Source: Macrostomum lignano | Lineage: Eukaryota | DNA: 49,072 bases | Direction: 5' to 3' | NCBI GenBank assembly: GCA_002269645.1 | Contig: NIVC01002669.1 | Location: 1-49,072 of the forward strand | Part shown: positions 1-12,684 of the stretch, piece by piece | Numbering within the stretch: position 1 is the stretch's first letter | Layout of the letters: each line of letters opens with the position of its first letter | Translations under genes and position numbers: made by a program | The notes under the pieces: generated by a model | Told to the model about the DNA's origin: nothing | The model's database searches: none | Seen by the model: only the letters and a program-made list of their open reading frames with translations

Positions 1-398
1 TGGTGTGAGGACACTGGGGATGATGTGGGTACATCGGTGTGGCTGTGGGGACACTCTGGGTGGTGTGAGGACACTGGTGGTGTGAGGACACTCTGGGTGG
101 TGTGAGGACACTCTGGTGGTGTGAGGACACTCTGGTGGTGTGAGGACACTCTGGGTGGTGTGAGGACACTCTGGTGGTGTGGGGACACTCTGGATGGTGT
201 GAGGACACTCTGGATGGTGTGGGGACACTCGGGATGGTGTGGGGACACTCGGGATGGTGTGGGGACACTCGGGATGGTGTGGGGACACTCGGATGGTGTG
301 GGACACTCGGATGGTGTGGGGACACTCGGGATGGTGTGGGGACACTCGGGATGGTGTGGGGACACTCGGATGGTGTGAGGACATTCGGGATGGTGTGG
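1..398. repeat. Minisatellite, ~19-20 bp unit (GGTGTG[A/G]GGACACTC[T/G]GGAT-like), truncated by the window start
   Basis: Tandem copies are directly visible. The overlapping ORFs 121-436 are repeat translations. Confidence 0.95.
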
Positions 399-1272
399 GA
401 AGGATAAAATGTTATGTTTTTGATATTTACCTTTAAAAGATTGCAGAACTAATTGTAATCGAGTTGCCCTTAAATTTTACTTACCTGTGGATCTTCATTG
501 AATCGCAGTATATCGCAGAATCGCGGTATAGAAATAAAACTCTAAAAATTAATACAGACCTTTTGGTCTTCATAACTTTGCATTGGTTCTTTATTTGTTT
601 ATTTATTGCTAACTCTTTAGTTTGAAATTTTATCGTTAAATCAATTTACCTTTATAACTCAATTTGAATATTCTGATATTACTCGTAAGTCGATTAGCAA
701 AATTTTATTTCTTATTTATAGCCACAGCAAATTTAGGTGCTAAAATGCGCATTGTATGCTCGTACGCCTTAAAACAGTGCTTGTATTAGTAGCTAGTTGC
801 GCAAATTGTACTGCGCCTAATTATTTTATTTATGATTTATAATTTTTTCAGCACCTGTCTAGTCTGATATATTTGAACTTTAATCTGTTTTTGAGCTTGA
901 TTTGTTACAGTTGATTGATAACTTTTGCTTCTGCTTCGCTGCCAGCTCCACTTTTATTCTGCTTTGTTATTTTTTTCTTGCGAAGCTTTTTACAACTTTT
1001 GCCGTGACAACTTAACTGCTGCAAGTTGCCGCTTTATATTTATTCAATGCAATTTTGCCTACGTCTGCAGCCTTCAATCTCTAATATTTGTTTATTACTC
1101 ACATTTAGCAAATACACAATATATAAATTTTTAATTATTCCACTTTTTCTATTTATTTTACTAACGCAAAATGACACGATTTAGCTAAGGTATTTAAAGT
1201 CAGTGGTTTTTATTTGTTTATTTATCACTACTTAAATTGGGAGCTGGAGTCTTTAGCCTTTTAGCCTACGGT

Positions 1273-1404
1273 TAGATTAGAGACTGGAGTCTACTTAGAT
1301 TGGAGACTAGAGTCTACTTAGATTGGATTGGAGACTGGAGTCTACTTAGATTAGAGACTGGAGTCTACTTAGATTAGAGACTGGAGTCTACTTAGATTGT
1401 AGAC
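1273..1404. repeat. Short tandem array, ~22-23 bp unit GATT[A/G]GAGACTGGAGTCTACTTA
   Basis: About 5-6 copies visible. Each unit contains the inverted pair AGACT..AGTCT. Confidence 0.85.
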
Positions 1405-2260
1405 TCCTGGAGCCCTCAAAATGAAAGCGTCGAAAAAACCTTGATTAGTAGACTTTCAAGTAAAGTAAAAGACGCTTAGTAAAGTGGTTGTCACATTCAC
1501 AACTGTCCCACCAAATGTGTGTACATGCAATTTGGATAAGACGAATTACTTGGTTGAAAAAATTCTGGATGAAGACTGTAAATTGGAACGAGCCGGGCTA
1601 CAAATGCGGATGCCTGTACGTGCTAGCTTATCTGGAGTATCCTCTTGCTATCAAATGACGTGACACCACGAAGACGCAGAGAAGGTTGTACATAAAACCT
1701 CATCGAATATACTCGTAGTTGGACAGATGCGCTGTGAGGAGTGCAGCACTTAAGATGTGTCTCGACAATGTTTTGACAGTCGAAATCATGCTGGCGCTGC
1801 CATGCGAATTACTAAGCAAAAAGGCCACTAAAACCATAAACATATATTCAAAGCGGCCTCTGAGAATTCTGCCAATATTTGCAAGTTTAACGTCCTGTGT
1901 TGTTAAGTAGTCCTTGCATCAGACATGTACACTCCGTGTGGCCGCTTACGGAATCGAACCAGGGTCGTGTTCAGAACCGAAATAAAAAAGACTAACAAAA
2001 GCAAACAACAATTCAGACTAAAGGTTTCCAAAAATGTACACAATATTTAGTCGCCAACAACAACGCGAGTGACGCAGCTAGCTAGAATCGAAATGCCATT
2101 AGTTAGTAATTATATTTTTATTAAATGTATTAATAAACTTGTCCATATTAGTTACTGTCCCATAAAACGCACAAAATTGAAACTAAGTAACCCATCCTCA
2201 TAGCAACAATTAGTTGAAAAGTAATGAATAATTAATGAATGCCATAATTAATATTCCGCA

Positions 2261-2642
2261 TCAGATTAGCAGCTTCTCAATAGACTGTTGCAGCGAGTTG
2301 ATCAGCGGTTTCAGCTCCGAGCCTTCGTTCTGCAGTACGGCGCAGGCGATGACGGCCGCTTGACTCCGCAGCACCTGCCCAGATTCACCTTGGATCGGAC
2401 AAACACATACGGCACATTTTTGTCCTCGCATAGCAACGGCAGGTGCAGCAGAATCTCCAGCGCTCGGCATCAGCCGCCATCACTATGAACTCGGCTAGGC
2501 CTCTGTTCAGAGCTTTTGTAGCTTCATTAGCGCCTTTCTTCATCTGCTTGTAGCTGACTGCCTGTTTCACCAGCTCGAGAATTTTCTCTGTCAGCACAGC
2601 GTCAGCCAACGGATAAGCTTTGGGATTCACTTCGTCGGACAT
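2261..2642 (-). CDS. SNU13: Snu13/15.5K (NHP2L1), L7Ae-family box C/D snoRNP and U4 snRNP protein; intronless, with two apparent 1-nt deletions (~2462 and ~2353)
   Basis: [60 protein letters not shown] matches Snu13. After a -1 shift it continues [P][36 protein letters not shown]. After a second -1 shift it continues [V][29 protein letters not shown]. It could be an assembly error or a pseudogene. Confidence 0.93.
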
Positions 2643-2859
2643 TTTTCAAGTTCGCATGCAAATAAGGGAGAAAAGGCTGTATTACAGTTTTTTGTTCGAT
2701 ATTGAGTGAAAGCAAAGGGCAATAAATGGTGGTGGGTCGTTGAGGTGCCACAGACACGGGATTGAATGAGAGGATGAAATAAAATGAAGTGGGATGGTAC
2801 GAGAACGGTAAGGTGATTGAGGTGTGAAGTTTGGTAAGTAGAGGGAGGGTAAAGAGGGT

Positions 2860-3185
2860 AGGTGGAGGTAACGGAGTATGCAGAGGGTCGTGAAGGTATT
2901 TAAGAGGGTACAGAGGTATGGATAGGTCGGAAGAGTATTGGAGGGCAGGGAGGGTATTGGGAGGGCAGGGAGGGTATTGGAGGCAGGGAGGGTATGGGAG
3001 GGCAGGGAGGGTATTGGGAGGGCAGGGAGGGTATTGGGCAGGGACAGGGGAGGTTACAGATAGAGTAAGGAAGGTATCGCGAGGCTAGGGAGGGTATTGA
3101 GAGGGTACGGATGGAGTATTGAGAGGGTACGGAGGGTATGGAGAGGGTATTGAGAGGGTACGGAGGGTGATGGAGAGGGTATTGA
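2860..3185. repeat. Purine/G-rich low-complexity tandem tract (GGGAGGGTATTGGGAGGGCA-like units)
   Basis: Repeated G3 runs upstream of the Snu13 start codon. Confidence 0.8.
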
Positions 3186-3651
3186 GATTAACAAAGCCAT
3201 TAGCTAAATATAGAAATTAAAAAAGAAACAACAGAACAAGAAACAGAATTCCAATCCAGCAGACAGAATTGTTTGTATAGCCACAGCTTTAAAGTATTTA
3301 GCTACCAAATATTGTAATTGCAATGCACCTTCTTTATAATAAAAAATGCTTTCAAACGCGCACAGAGTTATTAATTGGAACTATTAAAGGCATTTTTGTT
3401 AAAAAATTTGTACAGGAAAAAGTTGCACTGAACTAGCAGCAATCTTGAAAATAATTTGACCCGCAAGAGTCATAAACTAGCATTAATTGAATTCCATTGT
3501 TGAAAGAGAAGCGCACAAACTAAGACAAGACACACTTAGATGGACCGCGACCATAGTTAGAGGCATTTTTTAGCTTTTGTCTATGGCCAAAACTGAAATA
3601 GCCGAGTTGAAGGAGTCTAGAGGCCTATATCCCTGCGGCCCAAAACTCTCT

Positions 3652-3882
3652 AACCCCGGGGTTCGGACCATAGACTGTAGCTTCTGCTGCTCTCAATCAT
3701 TAGCAGCAGCAGCTGGTGTCTATGGCCCTAACCCCGGGGTTCGGACCATAGACTGTAGCTTCTGCTGCTCTCAAGCATTAGTAGCAGCAGCTGGTGTCTG
3801 TAGCCCTAACGGCACCATAGACTGTAGCTTCTGCTGCTCTCAAGCATTAGCAGCTGGTGTCTATGGCACAAACCCCGGGGTT
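3652..3882. repeat. Three ~58-nt hairpin units (CCATAGAC...GTCTATGG) interleaved with AACCCCGGGGTT palindromes
   Basis: Units at 3668-3725, 3746-3803 and 3815-3866. Palindromes at ~3652, ~3730 and ~3871. Confidence 0.85.
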
Positions 3883-4223
3883 TTCAGGACCTCGAGACAG
3901 CCGCTAAATACATTAGCGAATGCTGGAGTGGCATCTAGGTAATATAGAATCTGTGCTTTGGGGTGTTTTCGAGTAGCTTAGACTGGGTTAACAATTAAAA
4001 CTCCATTGTACTATCGAAACCATAGACCCATAGACAGCATACCCAGCAACGTGTAAAAGTTTCCACCCAAATCAGTGGTGAACAAGTGGAAATTTAACCA
4101 CTGCTTTCCGGGATGGAAACTTTAACATGCTGCTGAGTGTACTTATGTTTGCAAATAGACTATAGTCTTAATTCTTAATCAGGACTAAACTACAATACAG
4201 CTCCAGACTCCCAGCAGACAATC

Positions 4224-5475
4224 TTAGGAGATGGGCAGCGGCAGTTCAAGCAATTTGTCGCGCATCTTGTCGAACAGGTCGCCAAAATCGTCGTGTCGCT
4301 GCACGAACACCAGAGCGATGCCGCGTCGGGAACCGCAGGCGGCGCCAATTTCGCGTTTAGACGGCGAATAACAATAAGGTACGCTGTGCTCCTCCAGCAG
4401 CAACGGCAGGTGAGAGACAACATCGATCGGGGTGACGTCACCAGCGATAACCACAATGCCAGATTGGCGCTTCTTTACAATCAGCTTAGGAATGAGTTTC
4501 ACGCCTTGGTGAACTTTCTTGCCGCGTTTGGCTTTGCGGATAAGTTTGAGCAGCTTTTTGTTCACCTTCTTTGGGGCCATCGGATTGGCTATGGGCGTCA
4601 CGTAGTTCAGCTGCTCCTCGTAGGACATTTTCACCTGCCAGTTTGGTTGGGGAATCTGGTGTGCTTGCGAGTGACCAGCTGGGGAGGGTTGGTGACCAGC
4701 TGAGGGTGAGTGACCAGCTGAGGGTGAGTGACCAGCTGAGGGTGAGTGACCCGCTGAGGAGGGTTGGTGACCAGCTGAGGGTGAGTGACCAGCTGAGGGT
4801 GAGTGACCAGCTGAGGGTGAGTGACCAGCTGAGGGTGAGTGACCCGCTGAGGAGGGTTGGTGACCAGCTGAGGGTGAGTGACCAGCTGAGGGTGAGTGAC
4901 CAGCTGAGGGTGAGTGACCCGCTGAGGAGGGTTGGTGACCAGCTGAGGGTGAGTGACCAGCTGAGGGTGAGTGACCCGCTGAGGAGGGTTGGTGACCAGC
5001 TGAGGGTGAGTGACCAGCTGAGGGTGAGTGACCAGCTGAGGGTGAGTGACCAGCTGAGGAGGGTTGGTGACCAGCTGAGGGTGAGTGACCAGCTGAGGAG
5101 GGTTGGTGACCAGCTGAGGGTGAGTGACCAGCTGAGGGTGAGTGACCAGCTGAGGGTGAGTGACCAGCTGAGGGTGAGTGACCAGCTGAGGGAACTGAGG
5201 GTAGGGGTAGTGACCAGCTGAGGGAACTGAGTGGAGAGTTAAAAGCATGTAAATCTTCTAAGCAAGGCCAAAAGTTGAGCGAGCAGCCAAGTGGACTACA
5301 AAGGATGTAAGTGCACACAGAAGTCACAGAAATCACTCACCTGGGGCCTGCGAACCTTGGCACCATCGGGGGCAGCGGCAGCTTCCTCGACCTCAGCCTC
5401 CTGAGGCTCAGCATCAACCACTGGCTCTGCTGCGTCCTCTTCCTGAACATGTTTTTTTTGCTTGTGTTTACCCAT
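4224..5475 (-). CDS. NHP2: NHP2, L7Ae-family H/ACA snoRNP subunit; 2 exons (5475-5341, 4634-4224), 181 aa
   Basis: Exon 1 is MGKHKQKKHVQEEDAAEPVV...KVRRPQ, ending at a phase-0 GTGAGT donor. The acceptor is GGCAG|GTG. Exon 2 is VKMSYEEQLNYVTPIANPMAPKK...IVVIAGDVTPIDVVSHLPLLLEEHSVPYCYSPSKREIGAACGSRR...LPLPIS*, which aligns with NHP2 motifs (PIAQPLA, LAGDxxPI, HLPxxCE, SKxDLGAA, LPLP end). Confidence 0.92.
4672..5230. repeat. Intronic minisatellite of NHP2: 18-bp GAGGGTGAGTGACCAGCT units interspersed with 21-bp GAGGAGGGTTGGTGACCAGCT-type variants
   Basis: Directly visible. It explains the SAGHSP/VTHPQL/RVSDQL repeat ORFs. Confidence 0.95.
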
Positions 5476-6614
5476 GCTTTTAGCATGAGAATAAGCAATT
5501 AAAGTGAAACTACTTTAGAAGCGTCTGTGAAAGTTTGACAACAAAATAACCCCTTTGCACCTTTGAATTGCAGACTATCGGGAGTCAGAAGTGTGAAAAC
5601 CACCAAGATGACTAGAGGTGTAAAGACAAGGGACTGGCTAGAAGTGAAAAAAAACACACTACTTGAGGCCCGCAGGACCCTAGCAACAAGAGCATAGAGA
5701 AAAACTTCTTTAATTGCCCTAGAAGGTAGTAGAAGCAGTCTGTTGCTGTGTTCCTCAAAGTGAAAGAATTTTAACAAAACCCAACTTTAAAGAGATTGAA
5801 ACAACCTCTGTTAAGCCTCTACTGATAAAGCTCTACAAATCTGCTTAATGTTTCTCACCCTTCTTACTAACAACTTTAGGCCTACAACATACTTGTTTAA
5901 AGCTTTGCAAGGGTTTTGGTTATTTTGGCGATATTAAATTTTGGCATTCTTTCATTATGCCACTCCCCCTGTTGCACTGTTTTGTTATATAATCCCTTGC
6001 ATATGGGCAAGGTCAGTTGCCACTTTATCATACCACTGTAATAATCATAGTTGTTGCAAAAGTGTATTCTTTGTACAATTTGATCAAAAAGACAAACTAT
6101 ATATTCACTTTCCGAATTCACAAGCTACACATATATTCACTTTGGAATAGAATCCCTCAAATAGTGAATTTGCTTGAAATTGTATTAAGGGGATTGGATA
6201 ACAAAAGTGAGAGGGGTGACACTTCGTTTCAAGATCAATTCAATAGCAATTTTGTAATGTTTGGATCATATTACAAAAAAGTAGCAGAAACTCATTTCTG
6301 ACAATTGCAACAAGTTTGTTTTTTTGCTTGTTTTTGTGCAGAATTCAGACCATATGCACCCTCTCACTTTCATTGATTAATATACTGATAATTTCCTAAA
6401 ATTTTAAAATATGATCCCTTCAATATAATTTCACCGTTTAAATGATCATACCACAAAATAAATATAAGCTGCATTCCTACAAGACACAAGATTTGATGCT
6501 AAAATACTGCACTTAGAAGTGGTCCTATTTAAAAGTTTGATTTTAAGAGTAATTTTAACTTATAATTTTCTGTCTTCTAAAGGAGATTATATATCAAAAG
6601 TCCCGACTTCATAG

Positions 6615-7213
6615 GGATAATGCAGTGTCAGTTGTTTAAGTGACAAGTAATTTCAGTGAAAAATAGTTGTTTTGGTGACAAGTTTCTTCTGTGGCAGACA
6701 TTGTTAACCTTTTGTAAAAAATGGAAGATTCGGTGACTTTAGTCATTTTAGTGACAGGAGGCACTTCATAGATATCAGTTCATCAGTTTGTAGTTTTTTG
6801 TTAAGATTTATGTTTCTTATATATTTGAAAATATCTAATTATTGTGTTTTCTTTTTGTGCAGATCATTTTGAATTTTCCTAGAATATTCAGACACAAGCC
6901 ATAAACATATAGAGGATCCTTATAACAAAATACTGACTGTGACAAGAGCACACTGGCTTTGGAAAACATACAAGTTCAAAAGATCATATTTTTGTAATAG
7001 TAAATAAACAAAATTAAATGAAAAAATACTTTCTCATTTCAGAAAACATCTAAAATTAAAGTTTCATATCAGTTATAATTGGCTAGATAATTTACTATTT
7101 GTAACCACAATGGTTTTCACTGAATAGGTCTTTTTCTCATTACCGAATTGACCTTTGCTTGTCACTGAAATAACTGTCACCAAAATATCTTGTCACCAAA
7201 ACAACTGTTATCC
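6615..7213. mobile_element. Possible non-autonomous foldback/MITE-like element with repetitive terminal inverted repeats
   Basis: Left end GGATAA..CAGTTGTTT..GTGACAAG..AGTTGTTTTGGTGACAAG versus right end CTTGTCACCAAAACAACTGTTATCC (inverted). No clear TSD and no transposase. Confidence 0.4.
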
Positions 7214-8007
7214 AAATAGTGCTATGTGATTTTATAACAAAAGAATTTCAATTTTTTATCAATTGATAAAGAATAAAAAAGCAAAAAAATTCATATTGAG
7301 AATAGAAATTAGTTAAAAAAAAGTTATGTTAAAAAACATTTATAAAAAATCAAGTTTCAATAGGCCTAAGCAAAATACAAGTATATTATGAAAAAAATGA
7401 ATCATCAATTTTTAGATACAAAAAGATTTATAATTTTTATATTACTTGACCATTTTTTCTATAAAGGTGTATTTTTACTCATGCAAATGAGATTTATAAA
7501 ATGAAATAAAAATAAATACTAAAAATTAGGCCTAACTTTAAAAATCTCACTTGACTGCCTAGAGTTTTTAGGCATACTATCATTAGACCTAGCATTACTG
7601 GTAACAGAACAAGGTGGCCACAAACAAATGTGGCCACAAGGTAAAGTAGCAGTGTTTTTTAGTTATTAGTTATTCAATTTGCCTTATTATAGACACCTTG
7701 CTTATTCTATGCACAATCATATATTGCTATACTGTGCAAATTATGAACTTTTTCTATTCACAAAATTTCCCTATTTTTCTAATAAAATCATTCACCTGGA
7801 TATGCTTTAAAATATATTTTATTATTCTATCATTATGTAGAATAAATTCTTGCCTAATATTTGTTTAAAATTTGATATTTGTAGTATAAAACAAGCAAAA
7901 TACACAGTAGAGAAGCAACTTGCCTCTGCTTTGAGCTTCATTATCATGCTTATATGCCTATTGAATATTAGTTCTAAAAAAGCCATTGAGTCAGCTTTCT
8001 TTCTTTA

Positions 8008-8240
8008 AAGGCATTTTGCCTTTTAATAGCCAGAAGGTGCTGTTCAATAAGGGCACATTGCTGTCTTTTTTCCCCTAGGATGTGCTGTCCAATCCTAGGC
8101 ATTTTGCCTATCCTCTCCTAGACATTTTGTCTGCCAAGGCATTTTGCCTGTCTTTTTCTAGATGTTCTGTCTGGCAAGGCATTTTGCCTGTCTTTTTCTA
8201 GATGTTCTGTCTGTCAAGGCATTCTGCCTATTCTCTTAGA
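8008..8240. repeat. Degenerate ~40-bp tandem repeat built on AAGGCATTTTGCCT
   Basis: About 5 copies of AGGCATTTTGCCT plus CTAGA(T/C)(G/A)TT(C/T)TGTC visible. Confidence 0.75.
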
Positions 8241-11200
8241 TAAAAGGTAAAACTAAAAGTTACACTTTAAATTTTGAATATCCATCAAGCCAATCAAAAG
8301 TTACAAACACTTTTCTCTGATATTTTTACCTTCTGGTCACAATTGATCACAGGGCCTTATGGGAAAGATGCATTACAAAAATAGACAAAAAAGGACATAA
8401 AAAGGTAATAACTTTTTTATCCCTTTATCAATTTTTATAAATGAAGTATCATTTTATTCATTCAAACTAGATCTATCTGATAGAAAAAAAATCAACATAA
8501 ACTAAATTTTTCAAATCTTATTGGAGTTCCTAGTCAAATTAATCATTTAGGCTCCTAGGAATTAAAATTCAATAGTTTTCTCACTCCTTTCTACATCCTA
8601 GGAGCTAGAATAGACCTTAGGCCTAGCCAGATGTGGCCACCTTGGACATGCGCCTTTGGCTTTGCATTACTAAACCCAAGGGTTTTATTCAATATATCAA
8701 AAATTTTAATTTTTACAAAATACTGCAATTGCAAACTAATAAATAGCAAAAAATGTCAATAGTCTAGGCCTATGCTAAAAAATTATTGTTCAGAAAACTG
8801 TCAATTTGACAGTACTATAACAGATAATGGTGGACAGGTGGAGTAGGCCCCTGGATGGAATTCTTGCAGAAAAATCACAACACGTTATGCGATTGCGCGA
8901 AAAAATGCAATTTTGCATTAAAAAATCCGGAAAAAATGCATCGCAGAATTTCAGACAAAATAGCTAATTCCTAATATATGCAAAAGTGCCCTTGAAATAT
9001 TGGATTTTGCAAAAGATAATCCTACTAGTTAAGATCACGAAGAAAAAAAGAATAAAAACTAAAAACTAGGCCTAAGTAAGGCACAAAAGTAAAAATTGGA
9101 AAAATTCTATGAAAAGTACATATGTCTATGAAACATTCGCCGACACTTATTCAAACACTTCTACAGACACTTTAGTTTCTGTTGTACGAATTGTAGGAAC
9201 AAGCATTAAATTTGTTTATTCCTTACAAACTAGCAGTAAACTGCTTTATTTTAAGCTTTTTTTGCTTTATTTTATTATGTATTTGGACAAAAATTCAAAT
9301 TTATACATTTTCTTAGAATGCATTTTTCGTTATTGTCTTATTGTTTTACCATTTTGCGACGTGCTAAGTACCAAAATAAAAAATGCGACCAATAAAAAAT
9401 ATTTTGCGCGCCATAAAAAAATCGCCTAATTCCGTTTGACTTAAGAAATACAAGAATTCCATCCTGGAGTAGGCCTAGTAGGCCTAGTGATAATAACAAG
9501 GCTTGAGCCTATTTATTATCATGAAATACATTATACACATTAAATGACAGTTTTTTTTTGCGAGAGACACGGTGCAACATCGCACCCTGTAGACCTACCC
9601 AAACCTAATTTCAGGCTGCGATTTTAAGACTCAGAGTGCAATTTCTCTTACTTCAGAAAACTGGGAATATAGACACGTCTACACATCTTTTCTTGTGTCC
9701 AAAGAATGCCTTGACCTATTGTCTCGTTTTTTAGATCGAATGCAAATAAGGCTTAAAAGGAAAAATAAGTTGTGAGACCGCACCTAATTTTTCTATTTCA
9801 GTGTGCGATTTCAAACTTAAGCACACTCTGCGCACAAAAAAACCAGCATAAAAATAATTATACTGCTACTAAAAAGCAATGAATTGCTCATTTCGATGAC
9901 ACAGTTATGGCTTACTGTACTCACTCTCGTCTCGTCATGTTTACTTTTTACTTTGTAAAGGTACAAAACTCGTCAAACAATGAGAAAAAATAATTAACCA
10001 AGGACATTTAAAATTAACGTCGATTTTAACAAGCTCTAAAAGAAAAGTATGTATTAATATTGATTCTTAAGTTCTTTAAACTGCTAGAACGTCAATTTTT
10101 TTAATTTTTTTAAATAAAACAAGCAATTTAAGAGACGCGGCTCTGTCATGGATCCTGGATTCACGTGTGGTGTTATATGGGGTACGGTGTTATATATAGC
10201 GTTTAGTTGGATACTAATAAGAGGCTCATATTACCAATTCCAGAATCAAAATCGGTTCCGATCTTCCAAGAAAAACAGCAGTATAACAATTTAATTCTGT
10301 TGAATGTTTGACTGCCCTAACAACTTCACTTTGCACAATTTTTCACTTTCTTTTTGGCGATTGTCATTCAATAATAAAAACTTTATAGCACGTATCTCCC
10401 TCTAGTTATGGAGACAAAGAGTTATACTTCACAAATTGGTTCTGGTTCTGGAACCAGAACAAGCAATATGAAAAGGCCCTAAGATGTATAACGGCTAACG
10501 AATATAGACTCATATACTAATCCCTAATAGGGTTTTTATTTCTGCACCGATATTGAACAAAATAAATATAGCACTGAACTAAGTAAGTCTTTACCAGAGA
10601 CATTCTCTGCAGTGGGCCATGAACCAACTGACAGCATTGAACTAAGTGGTTTTCCCCCAATTCAAGGACCACGTATACACTGTATATACAGTGGTCCTTG
10701 GACCATATACTGCAGTTTAAAAGGAGGAAGGAGGAATATAATTTTTGCATGCAGGTAGTCCTAGCCTTAAGCTAGACTTTGTCGTAAAAATTATTCGCAT
10801 TCTAAAGACTAGGTCAACAACCAACATGAAAAACGATATTGGTAAACATTTTCTACACTTAATTATTACTAATATGCATTTAAATAAAATTATACCTTCA
10901 ACAATGGCTTAAGAGTAACTGCATGCAACTTTTTTAAACAAATACTTGATTCAAGAAGCAACAAAACAAAAATTTTACTTGGTATAGTAACAACTTTCAC
11001 TGTGAAATCACTGTGAAAATGAAACTTTCATTACACTAATATATAAAATGCAACAGAGTAAAATGTTGTGTATTTTTAAATTAATCGAATGGCTATCTGA
11101 TCGCTGCCCCAGATCAAATGCAACCATTGATTTTGCGATGAAAAAAGATTTTTCCTCTCTCAGCAGTGTATTTTTTCAGGAAATTCGTCTCCTTAAAAAT

Positions 11201-12193
11201 CACACGATCTTTGAGTTTTACTACGTCCTAGCTAGCTGTAATACTACAGTGGCCGACCTTGTTTTTACCATAGACATTCTCAGCGGGACTCGTGAAATCG
11301 TACTGCAGCTGAAAGCATTGAACCAAGCAAGGTTTTTACCATAGATATTCCCAGCAATTGCGCGGGCCGTCGCGAGTTTCATCTTCGCTTCAACACGCGT
11401 AAGCTGACGGCAGAAATTGGGTAGCGGTAGTTTGCTTCTTCCGAAAAAAACGTTAATCGCAAGCGCTCTTACGCATTTGATTGAACTAGTTTATTGCAAT
11501 GAAAACAGCCAGATGCAATTTACCACGAATTAAGCCTCCAGAATATTTTAACTGCCGGGACCAGGTGCGCCCGACAACAAAGAAGAACATCGCTTTAAAA
11601 TTTGCGGACTTGTTTTTCCGACAATCACGACAATCAGCGGGGAAGCGAGAGTCTACGTCTCAAGTAATTTTGGATATTAATTGGACGATTATAATTGGCT
11701 GACACTTGCGGCTATAATTGCAGTTGAACTTAAATGTTTTTTTCTGAGCTGCAAGTTTGCTATAGCAGTTAAAATCTTAAATTAAAAATGGCTTTTCAAC
11801 TTAATTATCTTCCTAATTCATTACACATGTAGCTATAAGCTAATGCAAGATTTATGAAATAATTTCAATCGCTACAAAATCAGTATAATAGTCTCTAACA
11901 GTTAAATTACAAACGCCTTTTCATTCAATGTTGCGCAGATATTCTGCTTAGCAACGGAAATTGTGCTCTAGGCTAATTTCCTAAGTTTTAATTATATTTA
12001 ATCTAAAAATATACTCGTACTTGTACTTTAACGTGCAGCATAGAATAAAAAACTGCTACACAAACTGCATACGAGTGCAACAGCATGAAGAACTCCACAC
12101 TCTGTGAGACCCTTCGAAGGCAGTAACGACTTCCTCAGTTGCCCCCCTCCCCGGGGGGCAAGGGAGAAGCGGCCAAAAGCAACCCGAGGTCAC

Positions 12194-12392
12194 CTGTTTG
12201 AGATTGATTGTCATCTGTGAGACATGCTCAATCCTGTTTGAGATTGATCGTAATCTGTGAGACAAGCTCAATCCTGTTTGAGATTGATCGTCATCTATGA
12301 GACATGCTCAATCCTATTTGAGATTGATCGTCATCTATGAGACATGCTCAATCTTGTTTGAGATTGATCATCATCTATGAGACATGCTCAAT
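12194..12392. repeat. 40-bp tandem repeat CTGTTTGAGATTGATCGTCATCTATGAGACATGCTCAATC, ~5 copies
   Basis: Directly visible, with few substitutions. Confidence 0.9.
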
Positions 12393-12684
12393 CGTGTTTT
12401 AGAGTGGCTGCATCCTCACCAAGGGAGAAGCTGTGTGGTGCTACTCCCATCGCTGCATTCCGGTGCTTTCCAGAGCGAGATGTCCGCCATCAGCTCTTGT
12501 GTGGCAGTGTGCGTGTGTGTCCTGGATACGGTATTATTAACATCCCATTGTATAACATACACTTACTTTCACCCTGACACAATAATAATTTGTTCAAGCA
12601 AGTATTGCATATAGTTTCACAGCATTTCGTTGCACACTCAAAATGCTCCACAAGTTGATTGTCACGGGTGACAGTATCGATTTC

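Noticed and set aside
1936-1980. tRNA gene on the minus strand (GGTTCGATTCC box B)
   Set aside because: The T-stem does not pair (CCTGG vs CCGTA), there is no box A or cloverleaf upstream, and at most it is a SINE/tRNA scrap.
2261-2642. Snu13 as a processed retro-pseudogene
   Set aside because: No poly(A) remnant or TSD is visible and there are no nonsense codons. Apart from the two 1-nt deletions, the protein is highly conserved.
4635-5336. 370-aa ORF as an extended NHP2 with SAGHSP repeats
   Set aside because: The repeat lies in a GT-AG intron. It is open only because the units are multiples of 3, and intron retention from exon 1 hits a stop.
10664-10699. Nested palindrome CACTGTATATACAGTG within AAGGACCAC...GTGGTCCTT
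   Set aside because: A single short occurrence with no supporting context.
12194-12392. CRISPR-like 40-bp repeats
   Set aside because: Contiguous tandem copies without spacers.
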